A stretch of 64,000 bases of DNA. Origin: Alphaproteobacteria bacterium (GTDB lineage: Bacteria > Pseudomonadota > Alphaproteobacteria > UBA828). The notes under the pieces are model-generated. The model was not told where the DNA came from, ran no database searches, and saw only the letters and a program-made list of their open reading frames with translations. Position 1 is the first letter of the stretch. Each line of letters begins with the position of its first letter. The position numbers and the translations under genes were made by a program. The stretch spans positions 576,001-640,000 of the forward strand of contig CAXXVO010000007.1 of assembly GCA_963422645.2 (NCBI GenBank). The letters are read 5' to 3'. Of this stretch, positions 48,481 to 58,184 are shown piece after piece.

Positions 48481-51238
48481 GCCGCTGGCGACGAAAGCCT
48501 CCACGCGTCCCTGCGCTGGCCGAGGCGCATTCGACATTCCCCGGTAAAGCCCGGCATCCCGTCCGGCCCAAGATCAGAGACTCTCGGGCCAAATTCCTGA
48601 GATTCTGCCCTCGTGGGCGCCTCGATCCGGCCGATGAAGGCGAGCCGCGCAGGCACCGACGACCGGTGCGGAAACGCGGCGTGCGGCCGGGCTGGCGCCA
48701 TACCGTTCTGCCCTTCTCGGTGCGTCCGCTGCCGTCCGCGCATAACAATTTCCAATCGGCCCCATTCAAAAATCCGTCTGGTTACTATGGAAGCGCTGCC
48801 CACCTGACTCGTTAGCGCATTCGTTTCGGATGCAGCCGCCACGCACAGCGCAAGCGGAGTCGGGTCATGGCAGCGCCAACCGTCGTCGAATGGATCATCT
48901 GCCCGCGGGACGTACGCTTCTCCCGCTGCGGCGCGCTGCGGTTCCGCGCTTCCACTGAAGCCTCGGGCCCGCCGCCCTGGGTCCTGCAGGCCCGCTGCGT
49001 GCCGCTGCCGGAGCCCGACCGCGGGTTCCGGAATCCGGACCCGACCCCGACAGAGCGCCGTGCACGGCTCCCCGTGCGCGGCGTTTTCGTCTTCGGAGGA
49101 ACGCAATCATGACCCATCGCCAAGCCTTCACGGCCACCGTTGGACACGCCGAACAAGAAGCGCGGGGCAGGCGCTGCTGCCCGGCGGGCCGCGTCCTCCG
49201 CGCGATACTGCGACTCACCGTCCCGGCCCTGGTTGCGGTGGCGATGCTCCTCGGCGCCGGCGCGCCGGTCCGTGCGTTCCCCGGACTCGACCAACCGAGT
49301 GTGAGCATCGCCGCAGAGCACGGTTCCTACGGCTTCGGGATCGACGATGTCATCTTCAAGCTAAGACGCGCGGGTCCGGCGGACGACGCGGTCTCGGTTC
49401 GGGTTTCGCTCGCCCAGGCCCACCTTTACCTGCCGACCGACCGGCTCAACGCGGTCGTGCGGTTCCGGGCGGGCAAGAGGGATGCGGAGTTCCGCATCCG
49501 GGCGCGGCAGTTCAACGGTCCGGCGACGCAATCGGGCGCGCTGAGCGCGACGCTGGTCGCCGCGTTCGGCTACACGGTGGGGCACCCGGACAGCGCGCGA
49601 ACCCGCCTGGTGGTCAAGAATCCGGCGATCACGGTCCGCCCGGAGCAGGCTTCCTACACCGTCGAACCCGACGACGGGGCGGTTAGGGTGACGTTCGTGG
49701 CCCGCACCGAGGGCGAGTTGCCCCGGCCCGGCAAGGCATTCTCCCTCGCGGTGTCCTCGAAAGCCGCATCCGACGAGACGGCAGCGCGCCGCGTAGCCAG
49801 GGGCGTGTCGCAAACGGTCGAATTCAAGCCGCGCGACTTCGTTTCCACGGACGGAAAGTGGGAAGCGAGCAGGACGGTCTCCTTCTCGACGGCCGAAACC
49901 GCCGAGGGCCTGGAAGTGATGTTCAAGCGCGCGGCGTCGACTCCGGAGCGAATCCGGCCGCGCAATTCCGACGGCAGCACCTGCACGGACGATGTCTGCA
50001 TGGTGCCGGTGTTCATGGCCCAAAGCGAGGAACCGACGCTCACCATCGCGGCCGGGCAGGAGAGCTACGGTTTCGGGATCGACACCGTGGTCTTCACCGT
50101 CACACGCAACGAAACCGCCGAAGGGGAGATCGGCGGCGCGGTGACACTCTCGCAGGACGAAAATTTCGTGACTAGCGTTTCCCGGACGAACTTCACCATT
50201 CCAGCAAACGAGACGAGCACGGACGTCGAGCTGTTCCGGTCGCTCTTCGACGGCGACGCAGCGCAGTCCGGCGATCTGACCGCGACCATCGAGGCAGGGG
50301 ATGGATACGCGGTCGGCACGCCCGGCTCGGCAACGACCCGGATTGTCGTGGCGGACCCGGCAGTCACGGTGCGGGCGGAGCGGGCCGCCTACCGCTTCGT
50401 CGAAGGCGGTGCCGAGGCAACCGTCGCGGTCGTCGCGCGCACCGCGCCCGGCGTGCCCCCGCCCGGCAGCAGGTTCCCGATACTGGTCTTTTCGGACCCC
50501 ACATCGGGCACGGCCACTGTTGGCGACGACTACGAAGAACTGCTGACCAATGTCGTCTTCGGCCCCGACGACTTCACCGCCACGGGCGGCGTTTGGGAGG
50601 CGCGCAAAGAGGTCTCGCTAACGATCGTCGACGACGACGTGACGGAAGCCGACGAGACCGTCGAGTTGCGGCTCCGGTCCACTCCTGATTTTACGCCGCA
50701 GAGGATCCGGCCGCGCAACGCCGACGGAAGCGCGTGCGCCGATGACGTCTGCACGGTACCGGTCACGATCGCCGCCAACGATGGACCGCCGGTGGCCCGG
50801 ATCGAGATCACACCGGTTCCACCGGCGGCAAGCGCCGACCACGGCCCCTACTACATCAAGGACGACTTCCTCGCCCTGCCGGACGACACGGTGCACGGAA
50901 GGGGCGCCACGCTGACCTTCACGCTCAACCTCGACACCGAGGTGACCGTGACCGGCACGCCCGAGCTGGTGCTCGATATCTTCGATCGCGAGCGCCGGGC
51001 GCGCTACACCGGTGGCTCGGGCTCGCGGCAACTGACCTTCACCTGGACGGTGGAGAAGGGCGACAACGACCCGGACGGGCTGGAGTTCAGATGCCGTAAT
51101 GGGGCTCGGCACCAATCGGCACCGTTGAAGCCTGTCGCGATGGTAGCGAATCGGGTGTCGTTGCCCTTACACGCTCAGCGTGTTCACGGGGTCTTGCCGC
51201 AAGGCGCGCCCCAATTCCTCGAAGGAAAGGGCAACGAC

Positions 51239-52282
51239 ATGAACGTCTATATCGGGCTGGATGTATCGCTGGCAAGCACGTCAATCTGCGTCATCGGCGA
51301 GAAGGGGAAGATCGTTACCGAGGCGCAGGTAGCCAGCACGCCTGAAGCACTCGTTGCGTTCATGGGCAAGCTGGAGCACGAGATCGCCGCGATCGGTCTT
51401 GAGGCCGGTCCCTTGTCCCACTGGTTGCACAAGGGTCTGACCGGCGCCGGCTTCGAGGCCGTGCTGATGGAGACCCGGCGGGTGAAGGCCGCGCTGAAGG
51501 CGATGCCGATCAAGACGGATCGCCGGGATGCGGAGGGCATCGCACGGCTGCTGCAGATGGGCTGGTTCCGGCCGGTGCACTGCAAGTCGGTGTCATCGCA
51601 GGAGATGCGCGCGCTGCTGACCTCGCGCAAGTCGGTGCTGAACGCGCTCACCAATATGGAGCTGTCACTGCGCGGCGTGTTGCGCAACTTCGGCCTGAAG
51701 CTGGGCCAGGTCTCCAAGGGCCGCTACGAGGCCCGCGTCCGGGAATTGATCGCCGGCAACGCGATGCTGGAAGCCGCGGCCGAACCGATCTTGCGCGCGC
51801 GGGCGGCTCTGCGCCGCGAGCTGGCCGGCCTGGAGAAGCTGGTCCGTAATCTGGCCAGGGAAGATCCGGTGTGCCGGCTGCTCATGACCATGCCCGGCGT
51901 CGGCCACGTCATAGCGCTGACCTTCATGTCCGCGATCGACGATCCCGGGCGCTTCCGAAGATCGAAGGATGTCGGCCCCTGGGTGGGGCTGACGCCGGGA
52001 CGGGCCCAATCCGGCGAGCGAGATATCGTCGGCGCCATCACGAAGTGTGGCGACGCAGGTCTGCGCTCGGCGCTCTATCAGGCTGCCACGGTGATGCTGA
52101 ACCGCACCACCGGCCCGAACTGGTTGAAGGCCTGGGCGCAGCGTCTGACGAAGCTCCGGGGCAAGAAGCGTGCAACGGTTGCCTTGGCCCGGCGCATCGG
52201 CGTGGTGCTCCATCGGATGTGGCGGGACGGCGCCGGGTTCCGGTTTACGCGCGAGGAGGCGATGGCGCTGCAGACGGCATAG
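51239..52282 (+). CDS. IS110 family recombinase/transposase
   Basis: IGLDVS, LEAG and KTDRRDA DEDD motifs; GLTP...QSG catalytic Ser. Confidence 0.95.
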   Translation: MNVYIGLDVSLASTSICVIGEKGKIVTEAQVASTPEALVAFMGKLEHEIAAIGLEAGPLSHWLHKGLTGAGFEAVLMETRRVKAALKAMPIKTDRRDAEGIARLLQMGWFRPVHCKSVSSQEMRALLTSRKSVLNALTNMELSLRGVLRNFGLKLGQVSKGRYEARVRELIAGNAMLEAAAEPILRARAALRRELAGLEKLVRNLAREDPVCRLLMTMPGVGHVIALTFMSAIDDPGRFRRSKDVGPWVGLTPGRAQSGERDIVGAITKCGDAGLRSALYQAATVMLNRTTGPNWLKAWAQRLTKLRGKKRATVALARRIGVVLHRMWRDGAGFRFTREEAMALQTA

Positions 52283-52356
52283 GCGCGGCTGCATCCCACC
52301 GACAGTCAATTAGGAGAGGAGGAAAGAGTCGCGCCTGAAGGTGGCGATCCACCGGT

Positions 52357-52524
52357 GTCCCCTCGCCGGGACGCGGTTCCCGAAGATGCGCGTTTTGAAC
52401 CCTGTTCGCCGAACCGCCCTGTTGCGGTCGAGCACGTAGATCAGATCGGCACTCGGGAATCGTCTTGGACCAGGCATGACGTTGGCGGCCGCTGCGCCGA
52501 CCACGGACGGAAGCGAGAGCCTGG
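52357..52524 (+). ncRNA. predicted bridge/seekRNA of IS110 copy 1
   Basis: 5' hairpin plus two stem/internal-loop modules with guides matching the target (AGATCAG, GAACC) and donor (ACGGAAG, GGCAT); folded by hand. Confidence 0.7.
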
Positions 52525-52820
52525 CGGCGGACACATCCGGGATCGTAGTTCCTTCTCTGTGCCGCGCCGGGCGAGTCAGTTAGCAGCTTTTGCCAAGGTA
52601 ACCACCTATGTTGACCATGCCTGGGACGACGATCGGCCGCAGGCGATGGTTCTTCATGTTCAAGAGACCGTGCCAAGCCGGAAGATCGTGAATATCTGTG
52701 TTTGACATCAACTGCCCCATTACGGAAGCGAATCGGGTGTCGTTGCCCTTACACGCTCAGCGTGTTCACGGGGTCTTGCCGCAAGGCGCGCCCCAATTCC
52801 TCGAAGGAAAGGGCAACGAC

Positions 52821-53864
52821 ATGAACGTCTATATCGGGCTGGATGTATCGCTGGCAAGCACGTCAATCTGCGTCATCGGCGAGAAGGGGAAGATCGTTAC
52901 CGAGGCGCAGGTAGCCAGCACGCCTGAAGCACTCGTTGCGTTCATGGGCAAGCTGGAGCACGAGATCGCCGCGATCGGTCTTGAGGCCGGTCCCTTGTCC
53001 CACTGGTTGCACAAGGGTCTGACCGGCGCCGGCTTCGAGGCCGTGCTGATGGAGACCCGGCGGGTGAAGGCCGCGCTGAAGGCGATGCCGATCAAGACGG
53101 ATCGCCGGGATGCGGAGGGCATCGCACGGCTGCTGCAGATGGGCTGGTTCCGGCCGGTGCACTGCAAGTCGGTGTCATCGCAGGAGATGCGCGCGCTGCT
53201 GACCTCGCGCAAGTCGGTGCTGAACGCGCTCACCAATATGGAGCTGTCACTGCGCGGCGTGTTGCGCAACTTCGGCCTGAAGCTGGGCCAGGTCTCCAAG
53301 GGCCGCTACGAGGCCCGCGTCCGGGAATTGATCGCCGGCAACGCGATGCTGGAAGCCGCGGCCGAACCGATCTTGCGCGCGCGGGCGGCTCTGCGCCGCG
53401 AGCTGGCCGGCCTGGAGAAGCTGGTCCGTAATCTGGCCAGGGAAGATCCGGTGTGCCGGCTGCTCATGACCATGCCCGGCGTCGGCCACGTCATAGCGCT
53501 GACCTTCATGTCCGCGATCGACGATCCCGGGCGCTTCCGAAGATCGAAGGATGTCGGCCCCTGGGTGGGGCTGACGCCGGGACGGGCCCAATCCGGCGAG
53601 CGAGATATCGTCGGCGCCATCACGAAGTGTGGCGACGCAGGTCTGCGCTCGGCGCTCTATCAGGCTGCCACGGTGATGCTGAACCGCACCACCGGCCCGA
53701 ACTGGTTGAAGGCCTGGGCGCAGCGTCTGACGAAGCTCCGGGGCAAGAAGCGTGCAACGGTTGCCTTGGCCCGGCGCATCGGCGTGGTGCTCCATCGGAT
53801 GTGGCGGGACGGCGCCGGGTTCCGGTTTACGCGCGAGGAGGCGATGGCGCTGCAGACGGCATAG
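52821..53864 (+). CDS. IS110 family recombinase/transposase, copy 2
   Basis: Same translation as copy 1. Confidence 0.95.
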   Translation: MNVYIGLDVSLASTSICVIGEKGKIVTEAQVASTPEALVAFMGKLEHEIAAIGLEAGPLSHWLHKGLTGAGFEAVLMETRRVKAALKAMPIKTDRRDAEGIARLLQMGWFRPVHCKSVSSQEMRALLTSRKSVLNALTNMELSLRGVLRNFGLKLGQVSKGRYEARVRELIAGNAMLEAAAEPILRARAALRRELAGLEKLVRNLAREDPVCRLLMTMPGVGHVIALTFMSAIDDPGRFRRSKDVGPWVGLTPGRAQSGERDIVGAITKCGDAGLRSALYQAATVMLNRTTGPNWLKAWAQRLTKLRGKKRATVALARRIGVVLHRMWRDGAGFRFTREEAMALQTA

Positions 53865-53938
53865 GCGCGGCTGCATCCCACCGACAGTCAATTAGGAGAG
53901 GAGGAAAGAGTCGCGCCTGAAGGTGGCGATCCACCGGT

Positions 53939-54106
53939 GTCCCCTCGCCGGGACGCGGTTCCCGAAGATGCGCGTTTTGAACCCTGTTCGCCGAACCGCC
54001 CTGTTGCGGTCGAGCACGTAGATCAGATCGGCACTCGGGAATCGTCTTGGACCAGGCATGACGTTGGCGGCCGCTGCGCCGACCACGGACGGAAGCGAGA
54101 GCCTGG
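53939..54106 (+). ncRNA. predicted bridge/seekRNA of IS110 copy 2
   Basis: Same sequence as 52357-52524, offset by 1582. Confidence 0.7.
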
Positions 54107-56842
54107 CGGCGGACACATCCGGGATCGTAGTTCCTTCTCTGTGCCGCGCCGGGCGAGTCAGTTAGCAGCTTTTGCCAAGGTAACCACCTATGTTGACCAT
54201 GCCTGGGACGACGATCGGCCGCAGGCGATGGTTCTTCATGTTCAAGAGACCGTGCCAAGCCGGAAGATCGTGAATATCTGTGTTTGACATCAACTGCCCC
54301 ATTACGGAAGGTTCCTCGACCTCAACGGCGGCACCATCCGCGACACCCAGGGCAATAACTTCGTGCCTGAGACCATCCCGGCGCAGCAATTCACCAAGCA
54401 CCGGGTGCGCGGCGGGTTGCACGCCATGCGGCTCGAGGTGTCCGGCTCGGCGCGCGAGGGCGAGCCCTTCGAGATCCGGGTAGTCCGCAACGGCGGCTTC
54501 GAGGAGGTGGCGGTGGCCGGGGTTGGCGTGGCCGACAGTGCCCTGCCGCACGAAAAGCCTTCGTTCCACTACGCGGTGAACGGGCCCGGCCGTTACCAGT
54601 TCGACTTCGATCACGGGGCGGCGAACGAGCCCGGCGTGCGGGTCTCGACGCGCACCGTGACGCCGATCGGGGACGGCGTTGCCGACGCGTCGCGCACACT
54701 GACGATACGGCTGACCGGGACCGACGCGGGCTTCCATCTGACGCCCCCCCTTGGCGACTATCGGGCCTGGTACCTGGCCGAAGGGCCGCTGGAGGTCACG
54801 GTGCCGGTGATCGACACCGGGCTGTCGCTGGGCGAGGCGGGTTTCCGGGTCCACGGGGCCTCGGTACGCGAGGCACCGGGTGCGAAGCTCGCCTTCAAGG
54901 TCAGCCTGTCGCCCCACAGCGAAGCACCGGTGACGGTGGACTACCGGACCGGAGAAGACCCGCCCAACGGGTCCAAGGCGGTCGCGGGGGAAGACTATGT
55001 GGCCACGAGCGGCACGCTGACCTTCGAGGCCGGCGAGACCCTGAAGACCGTCGAGGTGGAGGTGCTCGCCGACGATCATGACGAGGGCTTCGAGACCATG
55101 CGGCTTTTCCTGTCGAACGCGCAGGGCGCGCGCATCGATGGTGCTTCGGGGCTCGGCGTCATCAAGAATACCGGACCGATCCCGAAGGCTTGGCTGGGGC
55201 GCTTCGGGCGCACGGTGGCCGAGCAGGTGCTAGGCGCGGTCGAGAGCCGGGTGCGGGCAACGCGGCAGCCCGGCATCGAGATGACGCTCGCCGGCCAACG
55301 GGTCGGTGGCCAAGCACCGCAGGAAGCTTCACCCGCGCAACGCGATTCAGCCTGGCAAGAGCACGCCGGCCCCACGTCCCTGGCGTCGCGCGGCGTGACG
55401 CAGGGCGACCTGCTGAGCGGCACCTCCTTCGCAGTCACCGCGGAAACCGGGCAGCACGGGTATGCCACCCTCTGGGGACGCGCCGCCGTTTCCCGCTTCG
55501 ACGGCCGCGAGGGCGACCTCACGCTCGACGGCGAGGTCTCGAGCGCCATGATCGGCGTCGACTGGGCCCGTGAGAACTGGACCGCCGGTCTGATCGTCTC
55601 GCGCAGCGCCGGCGATGGCGGCTACGTCGGCCACAGCAAGGGCCGGGTGGAAGCCACGTTGACGGGCCTCTATCCTTGGGGGCGCCTTGCGCTCTCCGAG
55701 CGGGTGGACGCATGGGGCGCCGCCGGTTACGGCACGGGCGAGCTTTCCGTGACGCCGAAGAAGCCGGGGACGGACGAGGACGGCGCCACGATCCGCACCG
55801 ATCTGGACCTGCGCATGGCGGCGGCCGGGCTACGCGGAAGCCTGCTGGACGGCACCGAGGACGGCCTCACTCTGGCCGCCAAGACCGACGCGCTGATCGT
55901 GCAGACCGCGTCCGACGCGGGCCGCGGGACGGACGGCGGCAACCTGGCTGCAGCCCGGGCCACGGTAACCCGGCTGCGTCTCGGCCTAGAAGGGTCGCAG
56001 CCGATACCGCTCGAGGGCGGTGCGAGCCTGACTCCCTCCGTCGAGATCGGCGTGCGTCATGACGGCGGCGATGCCGAGACCGGGTTCGGCATCAACCTCG
56101 GCGGCGGGTTCGCCTGGTCCGATCCGGAGAGCGGGCTGGTCGCGGAGCTGCGCGGACATGCGCTTCTCACTCACGAAACAGAGGGCTTCCGCGAGCGCGG
56201 CGTTTCCGCCTCGCTCACCTGGGACCCGAAGCCGTCCTCGGCGCTCGGCCCGACGGCGACGCTGACCCAGACGGTCGGCGACCCGGCCTCTGGCGGTGCT
56301 GATGCGTTGCTGGCGCAGGGGGCGCTGACGGGCCTCGCGGCGCAGTCCGGCTCAGAGTTGGACGGTGAGGGCGACCTGCAGCATCGCCGGCTGGAAGCAA
56401 GGTTCGGCTATGGCTTCCCGGCCTGGGGCGGCCGCTTCGCGTCGGTTCCCGAGGTCGGCCTCGGCCTCTCCGACACCGGCCGGGAGTACATCCTGGGCTG
56501 GCGATTGGCGAGCGACGGGCCCGGCGCGCTCCAGCTGTCGACAGAGGCGCGTCGAATCGAGAGCAAGGGCAGCGGCCCGGTGGAGCACCGCATCGGCGCC
56601 CGCCTCTCGGCCCGGTGGTAGCCGGAAGACGGCGCGTCGTCTTCTGACGTGCTCCGGAGAGAGGCGCGGGCTGTGAACGAGGTGAGAGATGCGGGCGAGA
56701 GCGTTTCCGTTTCACACGGAAACACGCACCTTCGGTGCTAAGTAGCTGATTCGATTGCGATGGTCTTCCGTTTCTATTGACACCGGGCGCGGAATTCAAG
56801 CCGATTCCGCACCTCGCTGCAACAGATCGGAGACGCGCAATC

Positions 56843-57096
56843 ATGCCAGCCATCCGCCTCACCCAGCGAAGAGTCGACGCTCTTCGGCCCCGCCCCAAGG
56901 TGCGTGATATCCGGGACGCCGAACTGAAGGGGTACGGCGTCCGGGTCATGCCCTCCGGCGCCAGGCGCTACTTCATCCACAGCCAGCACAGGGGCAAGCG
57001 GGTCTGGAAGATCATAGGCGACGCGGCGACGATCACCGAGCCCGAGGCGCGGGCCAGGGCCAGGTCGATGCTCGCCGCGCTGCGCGACGGCCGGGA
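56843..57096 (+). pseudogene. tyrosine integrase N-terminal arm-binding domain (DUF4102-like), truncated
   Basis: LTQRRVDALRP...RDAELKGYGVRVMPSG...EARARA; the catalytic domain is absent. Confidence 0.8.
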
Positions 57097-57655
57097 GACC
57101 TGCACAACCGCGTGCACTCGGGAGCGTACCGGGCGACGCCATCACGGCGGGTGAACATCCCGAAGCCGGATGGCGGCACACGACCGCTCGGCGTCGCGGC
57201 CATCGAGGACAAGATCGTCCAGAAGGCGGTGACGGAGATAATCCTGACGCCGATTTACGATGCGGAGTTGCTGGGGTTCAGCTACGGGTTCCGGCCCGGG
57301 CGGAGGGCGCTCGACGCGCTCGACGCGCTTGCGGTTGGGATCGGAAGGCGCAAGATCGACTGGGTGGTCGATTGTGACATCCGGGCGTTCTTCGACACTG
57401 TGTCCCGAGATTGGCTGGTCCGGTTTCTGGAGCACAAGATCGGGGACAAGCGGATCATCAGGCTGATCATCAAGTGGTTGAACGCCGGCGTCATGGAAGC
57501 TGGCGAGTGGCGGGACGATCTGCGGGGGACGCCGCAAGGCTCGGTGATGACGCCCTGAACGCAAAAGGTAACTTCCGCTTCGAACGTCAGATTGTGGAAT
57601 GGCGAGACCGTCCCTTGACTGACTTGCGCCGCAAACGGTAATATTCTTATGGCAA

Positions 57656-57985
57656 ATGATCCGGTCAACAAGATCCCAGAAGGTCGAGCGGCTCAATGCC
57701 GCCTACACGCTGCTCGCCCAGGGCGCCACGGCGAGCGAAGCCGTGGCACGGCTGTCGCAGCGCTTCGGGCTGTCGCAGCGTCAGTCCTATCGCTACGTCC
57801 AGGACGCGCGCGCCATGGGCCAGCCGGCCGAGCCGACCGAAGAGCTGATCCCGATCACCATCAAGATTCCAGGCACTCTGGCGGAGACCTTGCGAGCCCA
57901 CGCCAGGAGCAGCGGCCACTCCATCGGGGAGATCGTCGCGCGGGCGCTGAGACGCTTTTTATCGGACGCGGATCGGCATGGCTGA
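57656..57985 (+). CDS. small HTH + ribbon-helix-helix DNA-binding protein
   Basis: LSQRFGLSQRQSYRY HTH; ITIKIPGTL...SIGEIVARAL RHH-like segment. Confidence 0.65.
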   Translation: MIRSTRSQKVERLNAAYTLLAQGATASEAVARLSQRFGLSQRQSYRYVQDARAMGQPAEPTEELIPITIKIPGTLAETLRAHARSSGHSIGEIVARALRRFLSDADRHG

Positions 57986-58184
57986 ACGTCGCTTGGGCGC
58001 TCGGCCCACGGTTCACCTCGCTTATGCCTTCGATCGTCTGCTCGACGCCAAACTCCACAACGCCTACGCGATCCTGGTGCCCGATCAAACTCACAAAATC
58101 CCGGTCCGAGCGCAGGACATAGGAGACGACCATGAAGATCGCAGCCATTTACGCGCGGGTCTCCGGCGAGCGGCAGAGAGATGA
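57978..58184 (+). CDS. small accessory protein overlapping the LSR start
   Basis: Overlapping gene arrangement; no recognised motif. Confidence 0.45.
   Translation: MAERRLGARPTVHLAYAFDRLLDAKLHNAYAILVPDQTHKIPVRAQDIGDDHEDRSHLRAGLRRAAER

Larger units (their letters stand above)
51091..52728 (+). mobile_element. IS110 family (IS1111 group) element, complete copy
   Basis: Subterminal IR CCGTAATGGGGC / GCCCCATTACGG; AG core on both sides; long 3' non-coding end. Confidence 0.92.
52729..54310 (+). mobile_element. second tandem IS110 copy lacking the first 56 bp
   Basis: 1582-bp direct repeat of 51147-52728, apparently identical. Confidence 0.92.
49109..56621 (+). pseudogene. large Calx-beta repeat surface protein with autotransporter-like beta-barrel, split by tandem IS110 (1430 aa reconstituted)
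   Basis: 49109-51090 + 54311-56621 = 4293 nt in frame (...GLEFR-FLDLNGGTI...); signal peptide, repeated domains, AGEDYVATSGTLTFEAGE Calx-beta motif, terminal Trp. Confidence 0.85.

Noticed and set aside
48481-49108. ncRNA or small gene in the 630-bp intergenic region
   Set aside because: No recognisable tRNA, riboswitch, repeat or credible protein motif by eye; an Rfam search would be needed.
49109-52282. 1057-aa adhesin-transposase fusion as an evolved gene
   Set aside because: It results from an in-frame IS110 insertion; the true C-terminus resumes at 54311.
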